IMG/VR virus record: IMGVR_UViG_3300045988_167796
Location: 4,032 to 68,031 of that record
Reading direction: 5' to 3' (one strand)
Source of the DNA: a virus
DNA length: 64,000 bases
Shown here piece by piece: positions 39,416 through 49,374 of the stretch. The position numbers and the translations under genes are program-made. Numbering within the stretch: position 1 is the stretch's first letter; each line of letters begins with the position of its first letter. The notes under the pieces are model-generated. The model saw only the letters and a program-made list of their open reading frames with translations. It made no database searches and was not told where the DNA came from.

Positions 39416-39783
39416 AAGGATATACAGATTTTTTCCAAGGGTTTTTAGGACCTTCTGCAGTAGCTACAAAACCTATTGGAAATATGAAATATATGGATTG
39501 GGATAAGATTCAAAGTATAGTTAACAATCATCCTGATTCTGTGATATACGCTGGTTTACAAGAAGATTGGGGAAATACAAACGGTCTTATATATGCAAAA
39601 GGTAAATATTATGATGGTTATGTTTATGGTTGTTCATGCTGGGCAACTCCTATTGTAGATGTTGATGGAGAGGAAATCGAATGTTGGACATATGAAAAAA
39701 CACCATATGAATCAGATAAGCCTGATTGGTGGGGAAATGGTCAGAAACTATTAAGTGAATATGATTTTGATGAGTATGAGTAA
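39412..39783 (+). CDS. hypothetical protein
   Basis: 123-aa ORF with ATGA overlap. Confidence 0.4.
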   Translation: MKGYTDFFQGFLGPSAVATKPIGNMKYMDWDKIQSIVNNHPDSVIYAGLQEDWGNTNGLIYAKGKYYDGYVYGCSCWATPIVDVDGEEIECWTYEKTPYESDKPDWWGNGQKLLSEYDFDEYE

Positions 39784-39878
39784 TGATATGATACGTGGAG
39801 AAATATGGGTTATAGAAGATAAGGAGAGAAAGATTAATGGTAAATAAAAGGACATGGGAATAGTTTCGTGAATCTGGT

Positions 39879-40085
39879 ATGTTATGGTGGATTAATATGA
39901 TTATACACACTTTTGGATGGGCTGTCGTTTGTGATGTAGAAGAAGACGGAAGCGTGTCTGATGCATACCCGGCTAGGGTAACATACAGAGGATTTAATGA
40001 AGAGACAAACACGAAAGGTTATGTTAAGGTAAGCAAATATATGAAAGAGAATTGTGATCAGTTGTTAAAAGAAGCGGAGGAGTAA
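39879..40085 (+). CDS. hypothetical small protein
   Basis: 68-aa ORF; start uncertain. Confidence 0.3.
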   Translation: MLWWINMIIHTFGWAVVCDVEEDGSVSDAYPARVTYRGFNEETNTKGYVKVSKYMKENCDQLLKEAEE

Positions 40086-40087
40086 TA

Positions 40088-40330
40088 GTGAAATTAAAAA
40101 ATATTACGAATATTGAAGGATTATTTGATGTTATTGATAGATGTGAAGGAAAAGTAGAACTTGTTGGAGACGATCTGCGTCTTAATTTAAAAAGTAAGTT
40201 GTCTCAATATTTTTCTTTGGCAAAATTATTTTCTGATGGTGAAATTCCCGAAATGGAGATTATTACATATAATCAAGAAGATACTAATAAATTAATAAGA
40301 TTTATGATGTCTGGCAATGCTAATGAATAA
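40088..40330 (+). CDS. hypothetical small protein (GTG start)
   Basis: SD ggaggag, then GTG at 40088. Confidence 0.35.
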   Translation: MKLKNITNIEGLFDVIDRCEGKVELVGDDLRLNLKSKLSQYFSLAKLFSDGEIPEMEIITYNQEDTNKLIRFMMSGNANE

Positions 40331-40339
40331 TATTAAAAA
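40326..40339 (+). promoter_or_regulatory. AATAATATTAAAAA motif
   Basis: Immediately 5' of the tRNA-cluster promoter. A second partial copy lies at 40420-40432. Confidence 0.4.
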
Positions 40340-40345
40340 AAGGTA

Positions 40346-40379
40346 TTGACAAATAGAAAGATGTATGGTACTATATAAT
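40346..40379 (+). promoter_or_regulatory. sigma-70-type promoter (TTGACA-N17-TACTATATAAT) driving the tRNA cluster, preceded by AATAATATTAAAAA
   Basis: TTGACA at 40346-40351. Extended -10 region at 40369-40379. Confidence 0.5.
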
Positions 40380-40670
40380 AGAAGAAAGCGAGATGCTTCT
40401 TTAAAATAATATATAACAGGTAATATTAAAAATACAATTTAGCTCATTTGTACATTCGGGTGGAACCGAATACGGAGTGATTTCCGGTAGAGCGAAGAAA
40501 TAAATCCTGCTAGAGCATTTAAGTAATGTAGATATAAGCGAAAGACTTACATCCATTGATCGGCTGCCTCTGCAAGCTGAAGGCCGACATAAAAGATGAT
40601 AATTGCAGATATGCTTATATCAGTCATAGGCATAAATCGAGCACATGAAAAAGTGTTCTGGCAGAAACGG

Positions 40671-40762
40671 AGGGCATTCGCCAAGCGGTAAGGCACATGA
40701 CTTTGACTCATGCATAATTCATTAGAAATGGTGATTCCTGGGTTCGAATCCCAGATGCCCTG
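40671..40762 (+). tRNA. atypical tRNA-like gene, anticodon UUG (Gln-like) with ~25-nt variable region
   Basis: Hand fold: 7-bp acceptor agggcat/atgccct, 3-bp D stem, anticodon stem catga/tcatg with loop cuUUGac, T arm ctggg-ttcgaat-cccag. The variable region is unusually long. Confidence 0.45.
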
Positions 40763-40856
40763 TTCAGAAGTATAAATTTCTGAAAGTATGTAAACGGTTT
40801 CCAATATGTTTTACTGTCAGCGTTTTTGGAGTAGTAAGCTTGAATAAACTCCATAT

Positions 40857-40940
40857 GCGGGTATGGTGGAATAGGCAGACACAGCGGACTTAAAATCCGC
40901 TGGTAGAAATACCGTGTGAGTTCAAGTCTCACTATCCGCA
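40857..40940 (+). tRNA. tRNA-Leu(UAA), type II
   Basis: Acceptor gcgggta/tatccgc (one G-U), 3-bp D stem, anticodon stem gcgga/tccgc with loop cuUAAaa, variable-arm hairpin ggta-gaaa-tacc, T arm gtgag-ttcaagt-ctcac. Confidence 0.75.
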
Positions 40941-41320
40941 TTAGGAACTAGAATTACTCGAAGGCCAAGAGTTAAGTTAGTTCTGAGGTTAACCTACATA
41001 TTTGAATAAATTGTATCGAAAATATAGCTTCAAGAGTAACATATAGCAGAAATTGCAGCGATATAAATAGATCAAAGTATTCATATAGACAACTAAGAAG
41101 ATTCGAATGTGAGTTGTAGGAACTCCGGTTGATGGTGACGGAGCGGAACCATCTGATCAATTTATATAGATGAATCGTCCTGTAGGAAATATCAGCAATG
41201 AGGGTGGGATGTAGGGAAAGTTGAAAGCCGATCACTTTCGTGTAGTTGCCAGGGCAAATGAAAATTAATGGGAACTATGATGTATTCGTATTTAGTTGCG
41301 GTAAAAGTACATCATAGCAT

Positions 41321-41406
41321 ACGCCCTTAGCTCAGTAGGTTAGAGCAGCGGCCTTATAAGCCGTGTTAAATGCGAAAGCGCCTGGGTTCGAGTCCCAGAG
41401 GGCGTA
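41321..41406 (+). tRNA. atypical tRNA-like gene, anticodon UAU (Ile-like) with 17-nt variable arm
   Basis: Acceptor acgccct/agggcgt, U8A9, D arm gctc-agtaggtta-gagc, anticodon stem gcggc/gccgt with loop cuUAUaa, variable gttaaatgcgaaagcgc, T arm ctggg-ttcgagt-cccag. Confidence 0.5.
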
Positions 41407-41658
41407 TTAGATGGCAACAGGTCTATGTGAAAATGTGTGATTATAACGCATTGAACGGAAGTCTGAAGTATGGTAGACAGCATATAATCTTGAATTGACT
41501 TTTGTACGTTTCAATAGCAAACTCAGTCAAAGTAAAAATGTAACAGACGACTTTGTGGCAATTGTTATCATAATCCTGCGTAGCTGCAGTATCGTAGGTC
41601 ATGCATGTAAAAAATATAAGGTTGCCGATGACTTCATATATCAGTAGTGGAATCGGAA

Positions 41659-41724
41659 GTGGCATTAGCTCAAATGGGAGAGCACTGTTCACAGAGGTTA
41701 ATGGTTCGAATCCATTATGCCACA
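41659..41724 (+). pseudogene. truncated tRNA-like element lacking a proper anticodon arm (66 nt)
   Basis: Perfect acceptor gtggcat/atgccac, D arm gctc-aaatggga-gagc and T arm aatgg-ttcgaat-ccatt. Only 16 nt lie between the D and T arms. Confidence 0.4.
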
Positions 41725-42000
41725 TTGGAGTACCGCAAGGCAGCAAAAACTTGTCCTCGGATAAAAGGCTCATCATAGAATAGGCTATGATACACAGAAA
41801 AAGAGTATTCCTAAAATGTAATAAGAGATATTGATATGGGTATACACATAGAAATACAAAGTTCTTCGCCTTATGAGCCAAGGTTTGCTTAGTAGCAAAT
41901 ACAACACAGCCTACGCGCAAAAATGGGATATAAAATGGCCGTCCCCGGAAGAAAGAAACTTATTACAAAATAATATTTATAACAAGTAATAGTAAAAATT

Positions 42001-42243
42001 ATGAAAATAAAAAATAAATTAGTAATATTGATTTTAATTGCTTCAATTGTACTTAGTATGTATACTGGTGGGTGGTTGCTGTTTTTAAAACCAATATTTA
42101 CAGTATATAATCTATTTTATATTGGGGAATTAACAGGAGGTATAATATTCAAAACAATAGTAGAATGTATTTTTGCTCCTATTGTTTCATGGATCATTTT
42201 TGGCATTGGATATATTATATCAATGGTTATTATTAATATATAA
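42001..42243 (+). CDS. small membrane protein
   Basis: Two TM helices. Confidence 0.4.
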   Translation: MKIKNKLVILILIASIVLSMYTGGWLLFLKPIFTVYNLFYIGELTGGIIFKTIVECIFAPIVSWIIFGIGYIISMVIINI

Positions 42244-42256
42244 GGAGAAAACGTAT

Positions 42257-42619
42257 ATGTTAGCAAATATGAAATTGAGTGATTTAAAAACTTCTGACGT
42301 AGTATTGTCCACGAAAGGAAGTTATGGAGTAGTTTTGAGAAATACACCACAGGGAGATTTAATCAAGTGGTTTTTAAATAAAAATGGAGACATTATTCAT
42401 AAGTACCGTTCTTTGAATATGCTGAACGAAGATATGAGTTTTAAATATGATGGCAAAGATAATCGTATTATTAAGGTATATAGAGTAACAGATAAACATG
42501 ATATGACAACGATGAATTCTATACAGGAAAAATATGTTATCTGGGAAGAAAAAGTTGTTGAAGTTACAATGAAAGATCTTGAAGAGAAGTACGGTTGTAA
42601 AGTAAAGATTAAAAAATAA
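42257..42619 (+). CDS. hypothetical protein
   Basis: SD taaggagaaaac, then ATG at 42257. Confidence 0.45.
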   Translation: MLANMKLSDLKTSDVVLSTKGSYGVVLRNTPQGDLIKWFLNKNGDIIHKYRSLNMLNEDMSFKYDGKDNRIIKVYRVTDKHDMTTMNSIQEKYVIWEEKVVEVTMKDLEEKYGCKVKIKK

Positions 42620-42628
42620 TCTATAATA

Positions 42629-42642
42629 AACAATATTAAAAA
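42629..42642 (+). promoter_or_regulatory. AACAATATTAAAAA motif variant
   Basis: Upstream of the RNA ligase gene. Confidence 0.35.
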
Positions 42643-42748
42643 TATGAAATATATCACATGAAAGGAAAGAATATATAAATAAATATATTATAGATCATAG
42701 ATGTCCAGGGGACAGTTTCTATTTATCTCACCTTGAAAGAGAGGTGAG

Positions 42749-43669
42749 ATGATGGAACAGAAAAAATTTATGGATATACAAAGGTTGAAAGAAGGATATG
42801 CAGACGGATTTCAACCAGGAGATATGATTGTAATACAAGAAAAGTATGATGGATCTAATGCTTCTATACGATTTGATAAAGAATCTGGAGAGCTTGTGTG
42901 TTTTTCAAGAAGGAAAACATTAGACTTTCAAAATACTTTGAATGGTTTTTACAACTATGTAAAAACACTAAATACTGATGAGTATAAAGATACGCCGGAT
43001 TATGTAATATTTGGTGAATGGTCAGGAGCTAGAAATGCCATTATATATGATAAAAAACATACGAATAAATGGTATGTATATGACATTTACGATGTAAAAG
43101 AAGAGAAGTATCTACCTCAATCATCTGTAATGAAATTTGCGTTAGATCACGGTTTAACTTATATGCATACATTCTATATTGGACCGTTTATTTCATGGGA
43201 TCATATTATGAGTTTTATGGATAGGCCAGCATACGGAGAAGTAGCAGAAGGTATTGTAATAAAAAATCAGACCAGGTTAAACGATCCAAATAGTAGGTTA
43301 CCATTTGTTGTAAAGATAGTAGGAGAACAGTTCCATGAAGTGGCAAAAATAAATCATGCAGCAAAGATTGCAGATCCTCAAAAACTAAAAGAAAGAGAAG
43401 AGGCTGCTAAATCAACAGAGTCTATTGTAACAGAGCGTAGAGTTACAAAAGAGTTATATAAGATGCGTGACGAAGGTATCATACCTATGGATTGGGATGA
43501 AACTACAATGTCAATAATTGCAAAAACACTTCCTAGCAGAATTTATGCAGATTGTGTTAAAGAAGAAAAGGAAATAGTAGAAGCAATTGGAAAATATTTT
43601 GGAAAATTTTGTTCCTCGATAGCAATGAAGCATGCAAGAAAAGTTGTATTAGGGACTCCAGAGGATTGA
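42749..43669 (+). CDS. RNA ligase-like nucleotidyltransferase (KxDG superfamily, PF09414-like)
   Basis: Motif I EKYDGSN (lysine adenylation site), motif III-like FGEWSG, motif V VVKIVGEQF. Preceded by the AATAATATTAAAAA-like motif. Confidence 0.55.
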   Translation: MMEQKKFMDIQRLKEGYADGFQPGDMIVIQEKYDGSNASIRFDKESGELVCFSRRKTLDFQNTLNGFYNYVKTLNTDEYKDTPDYVIFGEWSGARNAIIYDKKHTNKWYVYDIYDVKEEKYLPQSSVMKFALDHGLTYMHTFYIGPFISWDHIMSFMDRPAYGEVAEGIVIKNQTRLNDPNSRLPFVVKIVGEQFHEVAKINHAAKIADPQKLKEREEAAKSTESIVTERRVTKELYKMRDEGIIPMDWDETTMSIIAKTLPSRIYADCVKEEKEIVEAIGKYFGKFCSSIAMKHARKVVLGTPED

Positions 43670-43691
43670 ACGGAAGGAGGACTTAAATGAC

Positions 43692-43910
43692 TTGAATAAC
43701 GAGGCAATTTGTAAATCATGTGGATTTAATTTCTGGTACGAAAACAATGAAACGTATTTTGATGATAAGGGATATGGATATTCTACAAAATTAATTAAAT
43801 GTCCATTATGTGGTAAGCCGGTAGTGCTAGGTCACTATGAAGATAGATCAATGAAATTAAATAACGATAGTAGATATTATAATTATGAAAATAAAACATT
43901 TATAAAATAG
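43692..43910 (+). CDS. zinc-ribbon protein (CKSCG...CPLCG), TTG start
   Basis: 72-aa ORF after SD ggaaggagga. Confidence 0.4.
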   Translation: MNNEAICKSCGFNFWYENNETYFDDKGYGYSTKLIKCPLCGKPVVLGHYEDRSMKLNNDSRYYNYENKTFIK

Positions 43911-43920
43911 GAGATAAAAT

Positions 43921-44904
43921 ATGTCAGTAAATATGAAGTCAACAAAACAGGAAATTATGGATGCATATAATGAAGTAAAAGCGAAACTGGATGCAATTAA
44001 TTCAGTAAAAGATGACCCGGCTGAAATTGTAAAAGAGAACCATAATAAAGAAGTAATTCAATCTGCAAATGAGATTTCTGTACAGGGCATTCTTGCACCT
44101 GAAATAGTAGATAAATATAAATCATTATGCGAAGCGATTAAAATGAAGTCTGCTCAATTAAGAGACATGTATGGAATTGAAGCGGAAGCAAATTCTCTTG
44201 TGGCTCTTATTAATGCACATAAAGATAAAGAAGTTGAATTGAAAGCAAAGTATAGTGATATGGAAGCAAGTTTAAAAGAATCATTTGAGGTTACTAAGAA
44301 TAGTTTATCAAATGAATTATCCGAACTTGAAAATAAAAAAGATGAAATTTTAAAACAGACAAGAAAAGACAATGCTGATCTGTATGCATCGCTTGAGAGT
44401 GAAAGAAAGCGTGAAGAAGAACAGTATGAGTATGATTTAAAAAGAAAACGTAAGATTGCAAATGATAAATGGGAAGATGAAAAAGCAGAGAGAGAAAAAG
44501 AGCTGTCTTTAAGAGAGAGTGATCTTGCAGAAAGAATTGCAGCTGTTGAAAAGAGAGAAGAGAAAATGGAAGATCTGCAGAGTACAGTTGATAATATTCC
44601 TACTCTTATTGAAAATGCAAGAGCAGATGGTAAGAAAGAAGGAAAAGCTGAAGCTGATAAATCACATGTATTCGAAGTGAGATCTATTAATACAAAGAAT
44701 GAATATGAACAGAAAGCTCTTCAGGATCAGATTGATAGATTAACAAACGACCTTTCTCTTGTTAGAACTGCTAATGCAGAGCTTCAGATGAAACTTGATA
44801 TGGCTTATTCTCAGATGAAAGATCTTGCAGCTGATACAGTTAAGAGTAATGGATCTATTAAGATCATTGGCAGTGACAATACAAATAAAGCAGTAAGCAA
44901 ATAA
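43921..44904 (+). CDS. coiled-coil protein
   Basis: Heptad-rich and E/K-rich throughout. Confidence 0.45.
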   Translation: MSVNMKSTKQEIMDAYNEVKAKLDAINSVKDDPAEIVKENHNKEVIQSANEISVQGILAPEIVDKYKSLCEAIKMKSAQLRDMYGIEAEANSLVALINAHKDKEVELKAKYSDMEASLKESFEVTKNSLSNELSELENKKDEILKQTRKDNADLYASLESERKREEEQYEYDLKRKRKIANDKWEDEKAEREKELSLRESDLAERIAAVEKREEKMEDLQSTVDNIPTLIENARADGKKEGKAEADKSHVFEVRSINTKNEYEQKALQDQIDRLTNDLSLVRTANAELQMKLDMAYSQMKDLAADTVKSNGSIKIIGSDNTNKAVSK

Positions 44905-44923
44905 TTGGAGATATAAGTAAAAT

Positions 44924-46132
44924 ATGGCACGTAAAAAAGAGAAGAAAGTATTAGAAAAGAAGAACTGGGTTCAAAATTTTACACTTATTGGCGCAGCAGT
45001 TGTAAAGGATTATACATTTAAAATCGATGAGCATTCTAATAAATCAGACTGGATCTATAATTTGATGAATCTGAATGTTGATTGCGGAGATAGACATGGA
45101 AAAATTAGCTGTGAATTAATGGGTGGTTATTCGTTAGGAAGAGAAAATATTATTTATGTACATGGTAAAAATGAAGATGGAAGCGATGATTTTGAAAATC
45201 AGTATACGATTGATTGGGATGATCGTTTCGATGAAGAGTATGTAAAAGATATTGGTCGTACTTGTTTTATTAATATCGGTATTGAAAGAGATACGAAAGA
45301 AAACATTGTTATCAATAGATTCTTAACTCCATATGATGCTATTTCATATCTTTCAGAAAATTTGAAAGACGGTATGGAAATTAAAGTAAGAGGACAACTT
45401 AAGTATAGTATGTACCAGGGAGCAGTTCAGGTTCGTAAAGAAGTGAATAGTATTTATCTTGCAGGAGAAAAAGATAAGAAATCTGCTGTATTTACCCAAA
45501 CAGTTCTATTAGATAAGTATTCTATCGAAAAGCCTGATAAAGAAAAAGGTGTGTTCCCTATTAATGGTTATGTTCTTGAAAAGTTTAAAGAATTTAATGG
45601 GAACGATTTAACCGAAGGCGGAAAAGTAAAAGGTGGCAAGTATGTTCCTTTGAGAAAGAATTTTGAATATGAGTATGACCTTTCTGATCCGGAAAGAGTA
45701 AAAAAGGCAATTGATAAAGTATTTAAAGTTAAGAAGGATGTAAACCAGATTACATTTGAAGGTATTTTTGTAGAAGGCGGAGCAACCGTACAGGCTACAG
45801 AGGCAGATTTGACTGACGATATTAAAGAACTTGTTGAACTTGGATATTACACACTTGAAGAAGCATTAGCTAAATGTAGTGAAAATGGCGGAAAAGAACG
45901 TAGAATGCTGCTGAAGAAACCAACTATTAAATTAGTAGGTGATGAAGGAAGCAAAGTTCCGCAGATTCAGAAATTTGAAGGAGTATATACTGACGATGAT
46001 CTGATGCCTGAATATATGGTTAAGCACGAAGATCCTGATGATGATTCTGAAAATGAAGAAGTACCATTTGATGAAGAAACTGCAAGTGTAGATTTAGATG
46101 ATGATTCATGGATTGATAAGTTGGTTGAATAG
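44924..46132 (+). CDS. hypothetical protein with acidic C-terminal tail (possible SSB-like)
   Basis: C-terminus DDDSENEEVPFDEE...DDDSWIDKLVE resembles SSB acidic tips. Sits directly upstream of the replication genes. Confidence 0.35.
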   Translation: MARKKEKKVLEKKNWVQNFTLIGAAVVKDYTFKIDEHSNKSDWIYNLMNLNVDCGDRHGKISCELMGGYSLGRENIIYVHGKNEDGSDDFENQYTIDWDDRFDEEYVKDIGRTCFINIGIERDTKENIVINRFLTPYDAISYLSENLKDGMEIKVRGQLKYSMYQGAVQVRKEVNSIYLAGEKDKKSAVFTQTVLLDKYSIEKPDKEKGVFPINGYVLEKFKEFNGNDLTEGGKVKGGKYVPLRKNFEYEYDLSDPERVKKAIDKVFKVKKDVNQITFEGIFVEGGATVQATEADLTDDIKELVELGYYTLEEALAKCSENGGKERRMLLKKPTIKLVGDEGSKVPQIQKFEGVYTDDDLMPEYMVKHEDPDDDSENEEVPFDEETASVDLDDDSWIDKLVE

Positions 46133-46152
46133 CTTTTGCTATTTGACCAACG

Positions 46153-46163
46153 ATATTAAAAAT
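46153..46163 (+). promoter_or_regulatory. GATATTAAAAA motif variant
   Basis: Upstream of 46195. Confidence 0.3.
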
Positions 46164-46194
46164 AACAGATACAGTTTGAAAATAGGAGATTTAG

Positions 46195-47307
46195 ATGGGT
46201 AAATACGGAAAAAGAAATGAAGTAAAAATTGATCCACTGCGATATAATATTTGCCTTTTGGGAGAACCAAAAATTGGAAAGACGTCAATTGTCAAACAAA
46301 TGCTTGAAAAATTAGCTGGAGAAGATGGTTATATATTCCTTGAAATGGCAGGAGAAGATGGGGCGGACGCCATCGAAGGAATTGTTTATGAAGATTGTGA
46401 TACATGGGATGATGTCATCGATATTGTAGAAGATATTGAGGATAATAAGACAACAGATTATGCTGAGTTAAAGGCGATTGTCATAGATACATATGATGGA
46501 TGGATTAAACTCGCACAAGAAGAAGCAATTCTTATATGGAATAAAGCACATCCTGATAAGCAGGCAGATACTATTGACGCATCTTGGAATGGATTTCAGA
46601 AAGGTCAGCAGAAAGCATTTGATCTCATGTTTGATGTAATTACAAGATTAAAAAAAATTGGTGTAGCCACAATTATTATTGGTCATGTTAAAAACAGAGA
46701 AATGACAGATATTGCAACCGGAACTACATATCAAACACTGACATCTGATGTAGAGAAAGTGTATTTCAATCTTCTAAAGAAAAAAATGCATTTCCTTGGT
46801 TTGGCTTATTACGACAGGACAATTATCAAAGAGAAAACAGGAAAGAAAAATATTGTAACTAAGAAAGAAGAAATTGTAGGAAGGATTACAGGAGAATCGA
46901 GAAAAATTAAATTTCGTGATGATAATATGGCATTAGATTCCGGATCGCGTTTTGCAGATATTGTTGAAGAAATTGATTTTGATGTAGATGAATTAATCAA
47001 AGCAATTACAGATGCAATTAAAGCAGAAGCAAATAAAGGAAGTAAATCTATTGAAGAACTTGAATCTGAACAGAAAGCTGCTGAAGAAAAACGCATGGAA
47101 AAAGTAGCAGAAGCGGAAAAAGAAAGACGAGAAAAGAAAGAACTTGACGCTGTAAATGCACAGATTGCAGCATATGTACAGGAACACAGAACTGATACAG
47201 ACAAGCTTAAGGCGTTAAGCGCCGAGTCAAAGAAGTATGGATTTAGTAATCCATTAAAGATTACAGATATTGAAGCAGCAAAAAGCGTATTATCTCTGAT
47301 TGCGTAA
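46195..47307 (+). CDS. P-loop ATPase, AAA_24/Sak4-like
   Basis: Walker A GEPKIGKTS and Walker B-like AIVIDTYDGW. Motif plus SD upstream. Confidence 0.5.
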   Translation: MGKYGKRNEVKIDPLRYNICLLGEPKIGKTSIVKQMLEKLAGEDGYIFLEMAGEDGADAIEGIVYEDCDTWDDVIDIVEDIEDNKTTDYAELKAIVIDTYDGWIKLAQEEAILIWNKAHPDKQADTIDASWNGFQKGQQKAFDLMFDVITRLKKIGVATIIIGHVKNREMTDIATGTTYQTLTSDVEKVYFNLLKKKMHFLGLAYYDRTIIKEKTGKKNIVTKKEEIVGRITGESRKIKFRDDNMALDSGSRFADIVEEIDFDVDELIKAITDAIKAEANKGSKSIEELESEQKAAEEKRMEKVAEAEKERREKKELDAVNAQIAAYVQEHRTDTDKLKALSAESKKYGFSNPLKITDIEAAKSVLSLIA

Positions 47308-47314
47308 TGATTTG

Positions 47315-47343
47315 TTGTCCCGGAGTTAAATACTCTGGGACAA
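47315..47343 (+). terminator. terminator-like hairpin (ttgtccc...gggacaa)
   Basis: 7-bp stem around a 15-nt loop, immediately after the stop codon. Confidence 0.35.
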
Positions 47344-47362
47344 TTAAACTAGGAGGAGTGAT

Positions 47363-47833
47363 ATGGCAGAAAAGAAGAATAAAAGTACAAATCCAAGGAA
47401 AGATCAGGATTTCAGAGATATGTGTTTGTGGATAGAAAGAGAATTATTTGGGTACGATGGGAATCAACATCTTCATAAGGATGCTTGTGGATTTTTGCAA
47501 GGATTAAGAAAAGGTCAGGGATATGCTAATAATTCACATGATCAATACGGGAATTATTCTGTAGAAGTTATATTTAATACATTCAAAATTCAAAAGGCGA
47601 ATATTTTAAGAGCAATTAAAGGTAAGGAATTTTCTTCTGAAGATAAAAAAATGGCTTATATATGTAGAATTGTTGAAAAGCATCTTAATGATATGTATAC
47701 AAGAATGAAGAATGCAAAAGAAAGCGAGAAAAAAATAGACAATGTAAATTTGGATGCAGTGCAAAATGTATCGGCGTCTTATCAAAGACAAACATCTGAT
47801 AATCATAAAAATAAGTTTGAGGAAATTTGGTAA
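47363..47833 (+). CDS. hypothetical protein
   Basis: 156-aa ORF with SD aggaggagtga. Confidence 0.45.
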   Translation: MAEKKNKSTNPRKDQDFRDMCLWIERELFGYDGNQHLHKDACGFLQGLRKGQGYANNSHDQYGNYSVEVIFNTFKIQKANILRAIKGKEFSSEDKKMAYICRIVEKHLNDMYTRMKNAKESEKKIDNVNLDAVQNVSASYQRQTSDNHKNKFEEIW

Positions 47834-49360
47834 ATGAGTACTACTGCTGGCAGAAATATAAAAGCCCGCAATAGTGCGAAAAAAACAATTACTCCATTTG
47901 AAAGAGAATGTATAGAAGTTATTAAGCAGATTAATGAGTATAAGTTAATTGCAGAAGCAAATGCTGTTTCTACGATATATAAAAATCCAGATTTGATAAG
48001 AGAAACATCATTGAAATTGGAAGATATAAGTAATAATTCATGGAGAGTTTATTTCAGTATAGCGAATGACATTATTAATGTAGAGAAGAAAAATACTCTT
48101 GATGAAATCACGATAAATATGTATCTTTCAAAACACTCTAAATTAAGCGAGAAATATGATGAATATAATGGATATGAAACAATTGAAAATGCAATGGCTT
48201 ATATTCAAGAGGATAATTTTGACTCTTATGTAAGTGAAATAAAAAAATGGAATGCAGTTATTAAACTTGCAAAGATTGGATTTCCTGTAAAAGATAGGTT
48301 GAGTGAGTATGTAGATAGTACTGCAGAAGATATATATAACGAATTGGAAGCATTGTTAAACCATACATTTGTTAATGTAGAATCTGAAGTAAAAACATTT
48401 AATGCATGTGATGGACTTCATGAATTGGTTGACAAATTAAATGCGGGTGCACAAGTTGGGATGCCACTAAGTAATGCAGATATTATCAACAAGGAAATTG
48501 GTGGTATTAATTTCAACGGGAACATATATGGATTAGGTGCCAGTTCCGGTGTTGGAAAGTCTACAACCGCAATCAATTATCTTATGCCATCTGTTCTGAA
48601 GAATAATGAAAAGATGGTAATGATGATCAATGAAGAAGACCAGGATAAAGTTAGAAAAGAACTTCTTATATGGGTGTCAAATAATGTTTTTAAAAAAGAT
48701 ATTCATAAATATATTCTTCGTGATGGACATTTCAGTTCGGAAGTACTAGAAGATCTTCATAAAGCAGCAGATTATCTTGAAATTTTAAAAGATCGTAGAA
48801 ATATCACAATTGTTCCATTTGAAAAATATACGGCAAAAGAAGCTATAAAAGTAATAAAAAAATATTCTAGTATGGGCGTCAGGCTGTTTGTATTGGACAC
48901 ATTGAAAGAATCATCTGATTCCAGAAATCTTGATACATGGAAATCTATGGAACGTGATATGGTCGACTTATATGATGTTGTAAAACCGGCTGCCAAAAAT
49001 GTTGCATTATTTGTCACGTATCAGCTTACGAAAACATCTGTAAAAGTAAGATATCTTACAAATAATGATGTTGGACAAGCAAAGAATATAATCGATGTAT
49101 TCAGTGTAAATCTAATGATGCGAAGATTATTTGAAGATGAGCTTCCAGGCGGATCTCATGAAATAAAAGCATTCAAGTTATCAAATAAGAAGAATACGAA
49201 GATCCCATTTAAATTGGAGCCTGATAAGCATTATATGATAACTTTCATTACGAAAAATAGATTTGGTCAAACAGATGCATTTCAAATTATATCTGAATAT
49301 GACCTTAGTACAAATGTAAATAAAGATGTAGCAATATGTAATATATCACAAGACTGGTAA
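47834..49360 (+). CDS. DnaB-like replicative helicase
   Basis: RecA-fold C-domain with Walker A GASSGVGKST and Walker B LFVLDTLK. Confidence 0.6.
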   Translation: MSTTAGRNIKARNSAKKTITPFERECIEVIKQINEYKLIAEANAVSTIYKNPDLIRETSLKLEDISNNSWRVYFSIANDIINVEKKNTLDEITINMYLSKHSKLSEKYDEYNGYETIENAMAYIQEDNFDSYVSEIKKWNAVIKLAKIGFPVKDRLSEYVDSTAEDIYNELEALLNHTFVNVESEVKTFNACDGLHELVDKLNAGAQVGMPLSNADIINKEIGGINFNGNIYGLGASSGVGKSTTAINYLMPSVLKNNEKMVMMINEEDQDKVRKELLIWVSNNVFKKDIHKYILRDGHFSSEVLEDLHKAADYLEILKDRRNITIVPFEKYTAKEAIKVIKKYSSMGVRLFVLDTLKESSDSRNLDTWKSMERDMVDLYDVVKPAAKNVALFVTYQLTKTSVKVRYLTNNDVGQAKNIIDVFSVNLMMRRLFEDELPGGSHEIKAFKLSNKKNTKIPFKLEPDKHYMITFITKNRFGQTDAFQIISEYDLSTNVNKDVAICNISQDW

Positions 49361-49374
49361 TGTTTGGTTAGATT

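Noticed and set aside
40671-41406. tRNA genes on the minus strand
   Set aside because: The reverse complement gives no GG in the D-loop and no TTCGA T-loop. The plus-strand folds have canonical T-loops (ttcgaat / ttcgagt).
40547-41920. Minus-strand ORFs 40547-40804, 40708-40941, 40972-41235 and 41441-41920
   Set aside because: They overlap tRNA genes and structured non-coding DNA, have no SD, and every credible gene in the window is on the + strand.
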